From Theionarchaea archaeon (GTDB taxonomy: Archaea > Methanobacteriota_B > Thermococci > Methanofastidiosales > SZ-28-30): a stretch of DNA of 64,000 nt. Below, piece by piece: positions 31,671 through 41,384 of the stretch (positions are counted from its first letter, which is position 1; every line of letters begins with the position of its first letter). The notes beneath the pieces were generated by a model that saw only the letters and a program-made list of their open reading frames with translations, had not been told where the DNA came from and made no database searches. The stretch covers positions 224,001 to 288,000 of the forward strand of contig JACVGT010000018.1 of assembly GCA_018992685.1 (NCBI GenBank), given 5' to 3'. Made by a program: the position numbers and the translations under genes.

Positions 31671-32225
31671 CTACTTCCACAGACTGACTCTGTCCTCAGC
31701 CCCTCTTTTCCTCTTAAGCTCTTCCAGAAACTTGTACACTGTGGCATGCATACAACCCTGCATCAACATGTCTACCGCTCTCTTGGCATCTGCCACGTTC
31801 TCAAATTCCCCCAGAATGGACACAGTTCTCCCGTACACACTGACATATGTTCCTGTCATGTTCTCAATGATCTTCCTTGTCATTCCATTCTTTCCAATAA
31901 TTCGGCCTCTCACTCTCCGTAAGGAATTTTCGGATTTTCCAAAATAATCTTCCAGGTCAATTACCTCCAGAGCTGTATTATCGTCCAGAAGGCGCAAAGC
32001 CTTCCGAGGTGAAAACCCTCGGGCAACAGCCTTGATGATGTCTCTCCCCTTCCAGACAGCAAGTGGGTCTTCCGTCTCCTGTTCACCCTGTATGTGGACC
32101 TCCCCTGTCTCTGTATTAATATCCAGTTTGACCTGTAATCGTTCCTCAATTCTGCGTTTCGTTTCTCCATCTTTGCCAATGACGACCCCAATTCTGGCCT
32201 GTGGGACTCTCACATATTCTTCCAT
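31671..32225 (-). CDS. KH-domain ribosome biogenesis protein Dim2/Pno1
   Basis: RIGVVIGKDG, ARGFSP, RVRGRIIGKNG, H..VY. Confidence 0.92.
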   Translation of the reverse strand: MEEYVRVPQARIGVVIGKDGETKRRIEERLQVKLDINTETGEVHIQGEQETEDPLAVWKGRDIIKAVARGFSPRKALRLLDDNTALEVIDLEDYFGKSENSLRRVRGRIIGKNGMTRKIIENMTGTYVSVYGRTVSILGEFENVADAKRAVDMLMQGCMHATVYKFLEELKRKRGAEDRVSLWK

Positions 32226-32938
32226 TCCTTCACCTCCCTTAGAAGGTCCTCTGTTTCTGGAACATCACAATACCTTGAAAAAAAATGACGCACATTCTCT
32301 AAATCTCTGAGGAGAAACTCCTCAGCCCGGGGATCATCCAGGATGGCGGCCTGGGCAAAATCAATGAAATACAGCGTATCATACACCAGGATATTATACT
32401 CACTCAAGTCAGCATGTACAATTCCCTCTCTGTACATGGTCTTAACGGTATTCATGACAACTTCAAAGTCCTTTTCTGGATCTTCAGGTCCCGTGTCTTT
32501 CAAAAGGGGATACGAAAGTCCATTCTTGCCCAGAAACTCCATGACGACCACATTGTTAAGAACAACAAATGGTTCGGGCAGCTTTATTTTAGGGAATAAA
32601 GATTTCAAGGTGGAAAATTCCCGCTGCGCCCACATGTGGACTACCTTTCGCGGGTTCTTCGTTACGTGACGATACCTTGGATCAGAAATCAAGTACGACC
32701 ACTTGGTCCTGAATTCTGAAGTAGCGACCCTGTAAATCTTGACGGCAATCTCCCTGTTGTCTTCATTTATGCCGTGAAACACATTAGCCTCTTTGCCCGT
32801 GGAGATGGCTCCATGAACTTCATCTATGTACCCCTTGTTGATGAGGGTGTACAGAGTGAGCAGGGTAGAACGATCAAACACTTCCTTGTATATCTTGAAC
32901 GCTTCCTGCCCTTTCTTCAATCTCTTTTCTTCTGCCAC
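32210..32938 (-). CDS. rio1: Rio1 serine protein kinase
   Basis: STGKEANVF, AVKIYR, VHADLSEYNIL, IDFAQA. Confidence 0.93.
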   Translation of the reverse strand: MAEEKRLKKGQEAFKIYKEVFDRSTLLTLYTLINKGYIDEVHGAISTGKEANVFHGINEDNREIAVKIYRVATSEFRTKWSYLISDPRYRHVTKNPRKVVHMWAQREFSTLKSLFPKIKLPEPFVVLNNVVVMEFLGKNGLSYPLLKDTGPEDPEKDFEVVMNTVKTMYREGIVHADLSEYNILVYDTLYFIDFAQAAILDDPRAEEFLLRDLENVRHFFSRYCDVPETEDLLREVKEWKNM

Positions 32939-32950
32939 ATAACCACCGGG

Positions 32951-33256
32951 CTACAGACGAATTTTCTTTTTCTTTTCAAGCCATTGAGCCTGGGCTCTCG
33001 AATATCGATAAATAATATCCCCTCGTTCATCTTCAGCAAGCTCCCAGGGCTTCACCAGGACTATGTTGTTTACCCGTATCCACAGCCTGTTTCGAAACCG
33101 CCCTGGAATCCTGCATAATCGCACCTTTCCATCTGTGCATTTCACAGTCATTTTTCCGTAGCCCATCATCTGGACTACCTTGCCAATGACTTCATCTCCC
33201 TTGGGGAGTCTGATTCTCCCAATCTGTTCAGATTCCGATTGTTGATTCTTTGCCAG
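32951..33256 (-). CDS. eif1a: Translation initiation factor aIF-1A (probable CTG start)
   Basis: RIRLP..EVIGKVVQMMG..CTDGKVRLCRIPGR..LWIR..VKPW..GDIIYRY. The frame is open from the CTG 4 nt after SD GAGGTGA. Confidence 0.9.
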   Translation of the reverse strand: MAKNQQSESEQIGRIRLPKGDEVIGKVVQMMGYGKMTVKCTDGKVRLCRIPGRFRNRLWIRVNNIVLVKPWELAEDERGDIIYRYSRAQAQWLEKKKKIRL

Positions 33257-33260
33257 ATTC

Positions 33261-34343
33261 TCACCTCGTTACAGTCTGTTCTCGGAATACCTCCAGGTAT
33301 TCAGGATGATCCTCAAAGTATCTCCTGCACGGAGCAATCAGGGAATTGAGCTCTGCTGATACCTTGTTCTTCAAATCCTGGGGGTGCAAATTACTCTCTG
33401 CGAAATCCTTTTTCAATTCTTCATACCGCCAGTAGGTTACGTCCCCACCGAACTTTGCAGGACGTTCAATGGTGAACTCCCGCTCAATGCCTCTAAAGAG
33501 TATGTGGTCCACAATCTCCATGACAGGATTTCCCTCCACTTCTCCTGCAGGGCAGTACGCCTTCTGTATTTTCTCCTTTAGCTCTTTTTCCGAATCATGG
33601 GCGAAGACGCAGGTTTCCGGGTGTGACTTGGCCATTTTGGACGAAATCTCCAGGTCGATTGTCTCGTCCTCGTCAAATCCACCCATTTTGATGGGTCCTT
33701 GCAGCCCTGCAAGCAAGTGATAGTGGACCGCCACCGGCTTGGGAAGCCCCAGTTTGGGCCCCACATCCCTGGCCAGCATGTGTGCTTTTCTCTGGTCCAT
33801 TCCTGAACAGGCAATATCAAGTCCCATCTGGTAGATATCAGATACCTGCATGGCGGGGTAGATATACTGGGCAGCTTCTTGCAGTTCAGCTTCTTTTCTA
33901 CCCATGATGGTGAGACAGCGAGTAATCCTAGCCACGGTTGACTCTTTCAGCACTTTGATGATTCTTCCCCAGTAGTCAGAATCATCAACGAATTCGCTGC
34001 TCCACACGAACTCGACTGTATCAGGGACTCCAAGAGATAGCCATACCTTCTGGAAATACTCGCCTACCTTCCGAATAGCCTCAAGGTCACCGCCCATCTT
34101 GTTGTTGATCCACGCATGCCATTCAGCCAGGAACAACTTGAATTCTATCCCCGCTTCCATGAGATCCTTAGTTTTCAGCGCAGCCACTATCCCTGTTCCC
34201 AGGTGGGCCTTCCCTGAGGGTTCGAATCCCTGATAAGCTACAGGATGTTCCTTTGTCTCCAAGAGGTTGCGTAGCTCATCTCGGGTCACGATTTCCTCCG
34301 CAGGTTTCCTGCAGATCAGGTCGAGTCTTTCTTCTATGTCCAT
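33261..34343 (-). CDS. tyrS: Tyrosine--tRNA ligase
   Basis: AYQGFEPSGKAHLG, YPAMQVSD, GMDQRKAHMLARD, KMAKS, LHPQDLK. Confidence 0.95.
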   Translation of the reverse strand: MDIEERLDLICRKPAEEIVTRDELRNLLETKEHPVAYQGFEPSGKAHLGTGIVAALKTKDLMEAGIEFKLFLAEWHAWINNKMGGDLEAIRKVGEYFQKVWLSLGVPDTVEFVWSSEFVDDSDYWGRIIKVLKESTVARITRCLTIMGRKEAELQEAAQYIYPAMQVSDIYQMGLDIACSGMDQRKAHMLARDVGPKLGLPKPVAVHYHLLAGLQGPIKMGGFDEDETIDLEISSKMAKSHPETCVFAHDSEKELKEKIQKAYCPAGEVEGNPVMEIVDHILFRGIEREFTIERPAKFGGDVTYWRYEELKKDFAESNLHPQDLKNKVSAELNSLIAPCRRYFEDHPEYLEVFREQTVTR

Positions 34344-34347
34344 GATA

Positions 34348-35337
34348 TCACATCCAGTAGGCGTATTCCTGAAAGAAAAGGATACTGTACCAGTTTCCAA
34401 CTTTTACTTTTATATCTTTTGGTCTTTTCAAATATCTCGTTTCAAAGTCGGGAAGCATAACCAGAACCTGAGAGGGGGTGACATCAATAACCTGGCAGTC
34501 TTTCACTGTGTACTTGGAAGAGGACAGTGCCTGGAGTTGGTTCTCACTTTCCAGGTACTCCACTTTCTTCCAAGGGAATACCTTTTCTGAATAACCATTC
34601 TTGAGGTGCAGTTTCTGTGAGGAACTTATCACTTTAAAAACCTCATTCTGGCACAGCAGTATGTCACCCGGCTTATACTTGTGCAGTAAGAAGAGAATAG
34701 TCCCTCTCTTTATGTCAGTCCCTTTCTGCCTGTCCATGCCCACAGTCGTGTATGATTCCTTCACAACTCCGCCCAGTTGCTTTCTCAGGATGTGAGCCGC
34801 CCTTAAGGCAGCTTTAGACGTTGAAAAGTAGAAATCTGTTCCTTCTTTTCGTTCTTTGATCTGTGATATAAAGTCCTTCTCTCTCAAATTTGAGACCACG
34901 ATAGAATCGATGAGTGCTCTTTCCTCTTCAGTAAGGAGGTGGTCTTGCCGTCTCACCTGGAGAACAGCCTGGTAGTATCCAGATAGCATCTTTGAGCACT
35001 GGTCACACAATGAGGGTCTCACATGGATTGTAAACTGGGTCTGCTGGACGAAAGCATGAGTCTGGTTCTCGTGGAACCACTGTCTGGCTACCACAGAGAC
35101 GGTGACTACCATGTCACGTTGTTCAATACGGTAGTCGAAATCATCCACAGGAACATGCTCTTCAACCACCTTCTCCAGGGAAATATCCCTCCACGAACCA
35201 TAGTGTAGAGCACCGCATTCCTTGCACTTTGAGAGTTTCAAATTTCTGATGAATAGAGGAGGCTGTCCTTCCAGAAAACATGGTTCGCACAGTCCCTCGA
35301 TGCGGGCCTTCCTCTTACCACACTGAAAGCACATCAT
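34348..35337 (-). CDS. nmd3: NMD3 family ribosome biogenesis protein
   Basis: CxxC repeats and CDQCSK..GYYQAVLQVR. Conserved aIF-2beta-DUF424-NMD3 context. Confidence 0.85.
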   Translation of the reverse strand: MMCFQCGKRKARIEGLCEPCFLEGQPPLFIRNLKLSKCKECGALHYGSWRDISLEKVVEEHVPVDDFDYRIEQRDMVVTVSVVARQWFHENQTHAFVQQTQFTIHVRPSLCDQCSKMLSGYYQAVLQVRRQDHLLTEEERALIDSIVVSNLREKDFISQIKERKEGTDFYFSTSKAALRAAHILRKQLGGVVKESYTTVGMDRQKGTDIKRGTILFLLHKYKPGDILLCQNEVFKVISSSQKLHLKNGYSEKVFPWKKVEYLESENQLQALSSSKYTVKDCQVIDVTPSQVLVMLPDFETRYLKRPKDIKVKVGNWYSILFFQEYAYWM

Positions 35338-35630
35338 AGTCTGACCATTTGGGCGTGCACAGTCTCTCCAATTTGAAGGACATTTTCTGGGTCAACAAGT
35401 CCCAGCTCAACAGCTTTTCCCACAATTTTCTCACCCACTAAATTCAGAATGGTGGCCCTAAGCAGGAAAGCTCCGGAAGCATCCAGTGTTATGCACTCAC
35501 CGCAGTAGAAATCCTCCTTCACCTCCAGATACAGATCATCTTCCTGGAATGTTCTTCCTGCAAGCTCAGCATCACACCCTGCCACCAGTGTTTCGGTGCC
35601 TGTCCTGAACATTCTCACGAAGACATCCAT
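35334..35630 (-). CDS. DUF424 family protein
   Basis: LVAGCDAELAG, FY.G, ATILNLVG, HAQ. Confidence 0.85.
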   Translation of the reverse strand: MDVFVRMFRTGTETLVAGCDAELAGRTFQEDDLYLEVKEDFYCGECITLDASGAFLLRATILNLVGEKIVGKAVELGLVDPENVLQIGETVHAQMVRL

Positions 35631-36046
35631 TAGATCGACCTGACAGAGTGCCTGGCACCACATGCTTCACACTGCAAGAACACAATTCTGCCTTCCCTGA
35701 AGAGACGGGTATCAGGTTTTCCACACTCGTGACACAGCACATAAATGGCAGCATACTTCTCTACTTTTTCATTGATCTGATAACTGGAGAACCGCCCCTG
35801 AAATACAGCACCCCTGCTCTCGAAGTTACCTGATGTAGCCAGTTCGCCAGAGAGGAATTTCATGAGATGGCTGGGATCGCGGCTCATTCTCTGAGCAATC
35901 TCCTGGAAATTCTTGATAATTGTCCGATTACCCATGGTGAAGGAATCAGATTTAGGTATCTCAAACCTGCTCTTCTCAAAGACTTTTTCCGGCAGTTTGG
36001 AAAGAGCACGATCCAGCATATTTTCATAAGCATACGTGAATTCCAT
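35630..36046 (-). CDS. eif2b: Translation initiation factor aIF-2 beta
   Basis: YENMLDRA, RFEIP, GNRTII.NF, ELATSG, CHECGKPDT...CEACGA. Confidence 0.95.
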   Translation of the reverse strand: MEFTYAYENMLDRALSKLPEKVFEKSRFEIPKSDSFTMGNRTIIKNFQEIAQRMSRDPSHLMKFLSGELATSGNFESRGAVFQGRFSSYQINEKVEKYAAIYVLCHECGKPDTRLFREGRIVFLQCEACGARHSVRSI

Positions 36047-36204
36047 GAAGTGATTTCATTTGTATGTTTATAAACCTGGTGGTAGATTGTCGCTTGCTAG
36101 AAGCGAATTTTCAGACAGGAGAAGTGATCTCATTGAGGTAAGACACCCATGCCCGCCACTTTTTGAGAGATAACTTCCACACCAAACAAAACAGAGGCAA
36201 AAGG

Positions 36205-36479
36205 AGAAAAAAGATTCACCGGAAGAATGAATATCTCAGGGAGGTGGGTCATCTGGCGCGAATCCCAAGAGGTCCCAGAACATCATCGCATTCAACGCAC
36301 CTCCGGGCACCAGACGTTCTGTGCTGCGCTGTGGTGCTGCTCATAGCCACAATGCTGATGGTTTCTCTACTTGCAGAACATCTTTCTCTATTTGCCTTTT
36401 CCACCCTTACCCAGTTCAGTGGACACTGAGCACTGTCTTCTCAGTTCCACCAGATGACCCATGGGTGGTAATGTCCACT
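36205..36479 (-). ncRNA. Candidate structured non-coding RNA of ~275 nt
   Basis: Minus-strand TATA TTTATTAA (36499-36506). 14-bp long-range helix TGGGTCATCTGGTG/CGCCAGATGACCCA, further stems with G-U pairs, terminal hairpin and T-tract. No credible ORF. Confidence 0.5.
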
Positions 36480-36600
36480 ACTTATTTGGAGGTCAGGATT
36501 AATAAAGATTTCCCTTGTATCACATAAGCAGGTTTAGACCTCGATGGTGTGGATGACTTTCTTCTCATTTTTCCTGATTCATAGATACAACACCATGAGT

Positions 36601-37926
36601 CTAGAGTACTTGAATTCTCTTCCACCCGCCTCTCTTGAACCTGAGCGCTACAAAGAAGGCCCTTGCAGCATATTCCACGACCATGGCAATCCAGGCTCCA
36701 ACAACTCCCCAACCGAGGCTAAACCCAAGTGCCATGGCAAGAGGGATTCTAAACCCGTACAACCCTACTGTGGACGCATATAATGGCCACTTCGTATCCC
36801 CTGCACCCCGCAATGCACCTCCAAGAGTAAAATGAGTTGCTATTCCCGGCATTCCGAAAGCAAGAAGCCTGATGAATATCACCGCCCTGTCAATGACCGC
36901 TTCCTCTCTCACAAATATCACGGCAATGTCCCTGGCAAAGATGAAAATGAGAATACCCACAATTCCCATGAGCACCAAGGAAAGTCTACATGCTTCCCAT
37001 CCACTTTTCTCTGCTTCTGCGGGCTTTCCTGCGCCCAGATTCTGACCCACCAGCGCAGTTGCAGCAATTGCAAATCCAAATCCAGGCATGAAGGCAAAGC
37101 TTTGTATCCTGATTCCAATCTGGTGAGCAGCAATACTTTCTGTCCCGAAAGATGTGATGATCACCATGTACGCCAGAAACCCTATCTGAATCACCAGTTG
37201 TTCCAAGGCTGCGGGAGTGCCAACATTCAGGACTTTTCTAACCGTGGAAGAATCCAGTGAAAATCTCCTGAAAGACACGTATAGTTTCAGCTTTCTCTGC
37301 TTGAGGAGCACCAAATATATGCTGGCACCCACGACGAAAGAAATCGTTGTCCCCAATGCAGCCCCCTTCACACCCATGGGCTCAAATCCCAATTTCCCGA
37401 AGATCAGTATGTAGTTCAATCCTACATTGGTCACATTGATGAGGGAACTAATGATCAGAGGGGTCTTCGTGTCACCTGCTCCTCTCAGAGCCTGAGCTGA
37501 AGCAAGACATATAAAAATAAACCCGATACCCAAGGCAGCGATCTCAAGATACTGGGAACCCAGAGCCAGGACTTCTTTTTCTGCCTGATATATCTGCAGG
37601 AGACCACCTGCAAAGAAGTACAGGAAAGGTGTTAGGAGGAAGGCTCCCGCGGCACCTGAAACCAGTGATTGTTCCAGAACGTGCCTGGCCTGTTCTATGT
37701 TTTCTTCTCCAATACTCCTGGCCACCATGGCTACAGTCCCTGCTGTCACTGCAATCATCAGGGATTGAAAGATAAACACAACCTGGCCGCCCAGCCCGAC
37801 GGAAGCAAGGTAGTCTGCTCCCAGACTTCCCACCATAATCATGTCTGCTGTAAGGGTTAACGTGTGAAGAAGATTGTCAATGACTGCGGGCCATGCAAGT
37901 GCCAGAATATCTCTCCTTGTTTGCAT
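36601..37926 (-). CDS. MATE family efflux transporter
   Basis: About 12 TM segments, LAWP, LRGAGDTKTP and LRGAGDTKWP, VGQNLGAG. Confidence 0.93.
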   Translation of the reverse strand: MQTRRDILALAWPAVIDNLLHTLTLTADMIMVGSLGADYLASVGLGGQVVFIFQSLMIAVTAGTVAMVARSIGEENIEQARHVLEQSLVSGAAGAFLLTPFLYFFAGGLLQIYQAEKEVLALGSQYLEIAALGIGFIFICLASAQALRGAGDTKTPLIISSLINVTNVGLNYILIFGKLGFEPMGVKGAALGTTISFVVGASIYLVLLKQRKLKLYVSFRRFSLDSSTVRKVLNVGTPAALEQLVIQIGFLAYMVIITSFGTESIAAHQIGIRIQSFAFMPGFGFAIAATALVGQNLGAGKPAEAEKSGWEACRLSLVLMGIVGILIFIFARDIAVIFVREEAVIDRAVIFIRLLAFGMPGIATHFTLGGALRGAGDTKWPLYASTVGLYGFRIPLAMALGFSLGWGVVGAWIAMVVEYAARAFFVALRFKRGGWKRIQVL

Positions 37927-38201
37927 TATGGTGCAGATATACCATCAGCTTATAAAGACTTCGGTCTCGCATGGGAAAAGACGCTGGAAAGACAAATTCC
38001 TATGTTTAGAGGAGAAAGCAGCTAGGTTTCCGCATTAAAACTTTGAACAAGAGGGTACACCAAGAAATCCGGTTTTGAATAAATGAGGAAAAATATTTAA
38101 AGATCACAACTATTGTATCTTTGGCAAGAACCTGGAAATAGTAAGTCCTTCATGTCATCAGGACGTATCCATTCCAGAACAATACTAAAGGAGGTATTAT
38201 T

Positions 38202-38363
38202 ATGGATAAATACGAGTGTAGTGTGTGTGGCTATGTCTATGATCCAGAAAAAGGTGATCCTGATTCTGGTATAGACCCTGGAACACCTTTTGAAGACCTG
38301 CCTGAAGACTGGGTGTGCCCTGTATGTGGGGCACCACGAGAGGTCTTTAAGAAGGTGAACTAA
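38202..38363 (+). CDS. rub: Rubredoxin, 53 aa (not in ORF track)
   Basis: [53 protein letters not shown]; SD AAGGAGG. Confidence 0.97.
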   Translation: MDKYECSVCGYVYDPEKGDPDSGIDPGTPFEDLPEDWVCPVCGAPREVFKKVN

Positions 38364-39538
38364 TGACAATAAGGAAAATAAAAGAAGGCATATACTGGGC
38401 TGGGTCCCTGGATTGGGATCGCAGGCTTTTCGATGAATTGATCCCTCTTCCGGATGGTACTACCTACAATTCGTATATTGTAGAAGGTGAGAAGACTGCG
38501 CTCATTGATACTGTCGATCCAACCAAAGGGCAAGAGCTGGTGGACAACCTCACTGCATGGGGAGGTTCCATCGATTTCGTTGTGGCAAACCATGCAGAAC
38601 AGGACCATTCAGGGTCTATACCAAGAGTACTGACGCTTTTCCCCCACGCCAAGGTAGTAACGAATTCCAAGTGCAAGAACATGCTCATGGATCTGTTGTT
38701 AATCCCTGAGGAAAAATTCTTGACAGTCAATGATGGTGAGACGCTCTCTCTGGGGAACAGGACGCTGCAGTTCTTTATGACTCCCTGGGTCCACTGGCCA
38801 GAAACGATGGTCACTTACCTGAAGGAGGAAAGAATCTTATTCAGTTGTGATTTCCTTGGCTCCCACCTGGCAGCCAGCCACCTATTCGCTCGAGACAAGG
38901 AAAAGGTGTTTGAATCTGCCAAGAGGTACTATGCTGAGATCATGATGCCCTTCAGAACCAGCATTAGAAGTCACCTGGAGAAACTTGATGCTCTCACAGT
39001 TAATATTGTTGCGCCCAGCCACGGTCCTCTGCATGATGAACCGCACTTCATCCTGGACTGCTACAGGGAATGGGTTTCCGACACGGTGAAGAACGAAGTT
39101 GTCCTCCCTTTTGTGTCCATGCATCAGAGCACCCGGGCCATGGTGGACTATTTAGTTGACGCACTCATTGATCGAAACATCACCGTTAAACCTTTCAATC
39201 TGATCCAAACAGACATCGGAGAGCTGGCCAAGGCGCTGGTCGATGCCGCCACCCTGGTGATCGCATGCCCAACAGTCCTTGCAGGACCTCACCCTGCAGC
39301 TGTGTATGCTGCATACCTGGCCGGCGCGCTCCGGCCCAAGACCAGGATCGTAGGTATTATTGGATCCTATGGGTGGGGAGGAAAGTCAGTGGAAACCCTC
39401 AGCCAACTGATTCAGAATCTCACAGTTGAAGTCCTCGATCCTGTGCTGATAAAGGGCTATCCTGAGCAGGAGGACTTCAGATTGCTGGAAAATCTGGCAG
39501 ACGAAATCCTTAAAAAGCACAAAGCACTAAATATATGA
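38363..39538 (+). CDS. fprA: Flavodiiron protein FprA
   Basis: GTTYNSY, NHAEQDHSG, PWVHWPE, APSHG, flavodoxin domain GSYGWGG. Confidence 0.95.
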   Translation: MTIRKIKEGIYWAGSLDWDRRLFDELIPLPDGTTYNSYIVEGEKTALIDTVDPTKGQELVDNLTAWGGSIDFVVANHAEQDHSGSIPRVLTLFPHAKVVTNSKCKNMLMDLLLIPEEKFLTVNDGETLSLGNRTLQFFMTPWVHWPETMVTYLKEERILFSCDFLGSHLAASHLFARDKEKVFESAKRYYAEIMMPFRTSIRSHLEKLDALTVNIVAPSHGPLHDEPHFILDCYREWVSDTVKNEVVLPFVSMHQSTRAMVDYLVDALIDRNITVKPFNLIQTDIGELAKALVDAATLVIACPTVLAGPHPAAVYAAYLAGALRPKTRIVGIIGSYGWGGKSVETLSQLIQNLTVEVLDPVLIKGYPEQEDFRLLENLADEILKKHKALNI

Positions 39539-39550
39539 GGAGAAAAGAAT

Positions 39551-39885
39551 ATGGAAGAGAAAATGCCTTTGATTGGGGATACCTTCCCTCAGGTAGAAGT
39601 GGCGACGACACGTGGTAGAAAAACTTTACCTGATGCATATTCAGGTAGGTGGGAGGTCTTTTTCAGTCACCCTGCTGATTTTATACCAGTGTACACTGCT
39701 GAATTCGTGGCTTTTCAGAAGAAATGTAACCAGTTCAACCCTCTGAATCGTGGATTTATTGGGCTGAGAGTGAATCAGGTATTTTCTCACCTCAGATGGG
39801 TCGGATGGATCAATCAGATGAAGAAACTGCCCTGAAGAGAACCAGGGAGTACCAGTAGCATGACTGGTCCCGCCATAAGAAGCAA
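39551..39885 (+). pseudogene. Decayed peroxiredoxin with internal deletion
   Basis: N-terminal [15 protein letters not shown] (peroxidatic Cys lost), early stop, then in another frame the C-terminal remnant [11 protein letters not shown]. Confidence 0.8.
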
Positions 39886-39899
39886 AAAGGAGGTATATT

Positions 39900-40277
39900 A
39901 TGACAAAAAGACTGCAGGTGTATAAGTGTAATGTATGTGGGAATATTGTGGAAGTCCTGCACGAAGGTGTGGGACAGTTGGTCTGTTGTGGACAGCCCAT
40001 GGAGTTGATGGTACCAAAGACTGAAGACGTGGGAAAGGAAAAACACGTTCCCGTTATACAGAAAGAGAAAGACAGTATCACAGTGAAGGTGGGCTCTGTT
40101 CCTCATCCCATGGAGGAAAACCATTATATTGAGTGGATTGAGGTCATTGCGGATGGTCGGGCGTATCGTAAATTCTTAACCCCCGGTGACAGCCCAGAGG
40201 CGGAATTCACGATTACATTTGGGACTCTTGAAGTGAGGGAGTACTGTAACGTCCATGGATTGTGGAAGACCGTGTGA
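39900..40277 (+). CDS. dfx: Desulfoferrodoxin (superoxide reductase)
   Basis: [38 protein letters not shown]. Confidence 0.95.
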   Translation: MTKRLQVYKCNVCGNIVEVLHEGVGQLVCCGQPMELMVPKTEDVGKEKHVPVIQKEKDSITVKVGSVPHPMEENHYIEWIEVIADGRAYRKFLTPGDSPEAEFTITFGTLEVREYCNVHGLWKTV

Positions 40278-40286
40278 GGTGCTGTC

Positions 40287-40808
40287 ATGATAGGAAAAGC
40301 GGTAGAGAAGGCCCTTAACACTCAGTTAAATGCTGAGTTGTATTCTTCGTACCTGTATCTGTCCATGTCATCCTGGTTCAGTTTTCAGAACCTAGATGGA
40401 TTCGCCAATTGGATGCGGGTGCAGGCACAGGAGGAGTTAGTTCACGCCATGAAATTCTATGACTACCTCATTCAAAGGAATGGACGAGTGCTCCTCCTTG
40501 CTGTGGATGCCCCGCCTACGGAGTGGGACTCCCCTGACGCAGTATTTGAACACACATATCAGCATGAGCAGAAGGTCACTGGACTGATCAACGAATTGGT
40601 TGACCTGTCCATTTCAGAAAAAGACCACGCCACCCACATGGTTCTCCAGTGGTTTGTGGATGAACAGGTAGAGGAAGAATCATCAGCAGCTGAAATCCTA
40701 GGAAAAATCAGGATGCTGAAAGAAAGTAAGAGCGGGATATATATTTTGGACAGAGAACTCAATCAGAGGGTATTCACACCTCCTCCTGCCCAGCAACCTG
40801 TGGAGTAG
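40287..40808 (+). CDS. ftn: Non-heme ferritin
   Basis: [38 protein letters not shown]. Confidence 0.95.
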   Translation: MIGKAVEKALNTQLNAELYSSYLYLSMSSWFSFQNLDGFANWMRVQAQEELVHAMKFYDYLIQRNGRVLLLAVDAPPTEWDSPDAVFEHTYQHEQKVTGLINELVDLSISEKDHATHMVLQWFVDEQVEEESSAAEILGKIRMLKESKSGIYILDRELNQRVFTPPPAQQPVE

Positions 40809-40828
40809 CACCATTGAGAGGTGTGCAA

Positions 40829-41320
40829 ATGGACCTGAGTAAGTACAGCCTGAAGGACTTGCTGCTTGCTGCACTGAAAAGCGAGGTTGAAAGCAGGACT
40901 GTGTATGAAACACTCGCTCACAGAGTGAAGAACGCATTTCTCAAAGATCGTCTCGTATTCCTGGCCAGTGAAGAAAAGAAGCATGGGACTTTTATTGAAG
41001 GAGTGTACAAGAAGATGTTCCCGCAAGATACCCTCGCTCTACCTGACGAGACTCCCGTCCCATTGCCTCTGGTAAGGATTCCCACGGAAGACATCCCCCT
41101 AAGTGTGGTCTTTGAGCAAGCCATGGAAGCAGAAAAAGCCTCCAGTCAGTTCTATCAAGGGCTAGTACATCAATTCCAGGACATCAGGATGCAGAAGACG
41201 TTGGATGCTTTTGGGGCCATGGAAATGGATCATTACAGAATTCTTGAAGCTGAACTCAAGACAGTGAAGCGGTTTGAAACCTTCGACTCAGAGTGGCCCA
41301 TGATGAACGTAGGGCCATAG
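40829..41320 (+). CDS. Ferritin-like (rubrerythrin diiron domain) protein
   Basis: ALKSEVES..Y, EEKKH, AMEAEK..FY, EMDHY. Confidence 0.85.
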   Translation: MDLSKYSLKDLLLAALKSEVESRTVYETLAHRVKNAFLKDRLVFLASEEKKHGTFIEGVYKKMFPQDTLALPDETPVPLPLVRIPTEDIPLSVVFEQAMEAEKASSQFYQGLVHQFQDIRMQKTLDAFGAMEMDHYRILEAELKTVKRFETFDSEWPMMNVGP

Positions 41321-41384
41321 ATTCAAAGGAACAAGACAGGTGCAGGTCACCTACCTGATGGAATTTCCAAAAAGATGTGATATC

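Noticed and set aside
36205-36479. Assignment of the structured RNA as RNase P, SRP RNA or an intron-containing tRNA
   Set aside because: Lacks the GAGGAAA(G/C)UCC P4 signature, the SRP helix-8 motif and a T-loop GTTCRA.
39855-39857. In-frame TAG in the peroxiredoxin remnant as pyrrolysine/readthrough
   Set aside because: The surrounding sequence is degenerate, the catalytic Cys is lost and the middle of the gene is deleted; pseudogene decay explains it.
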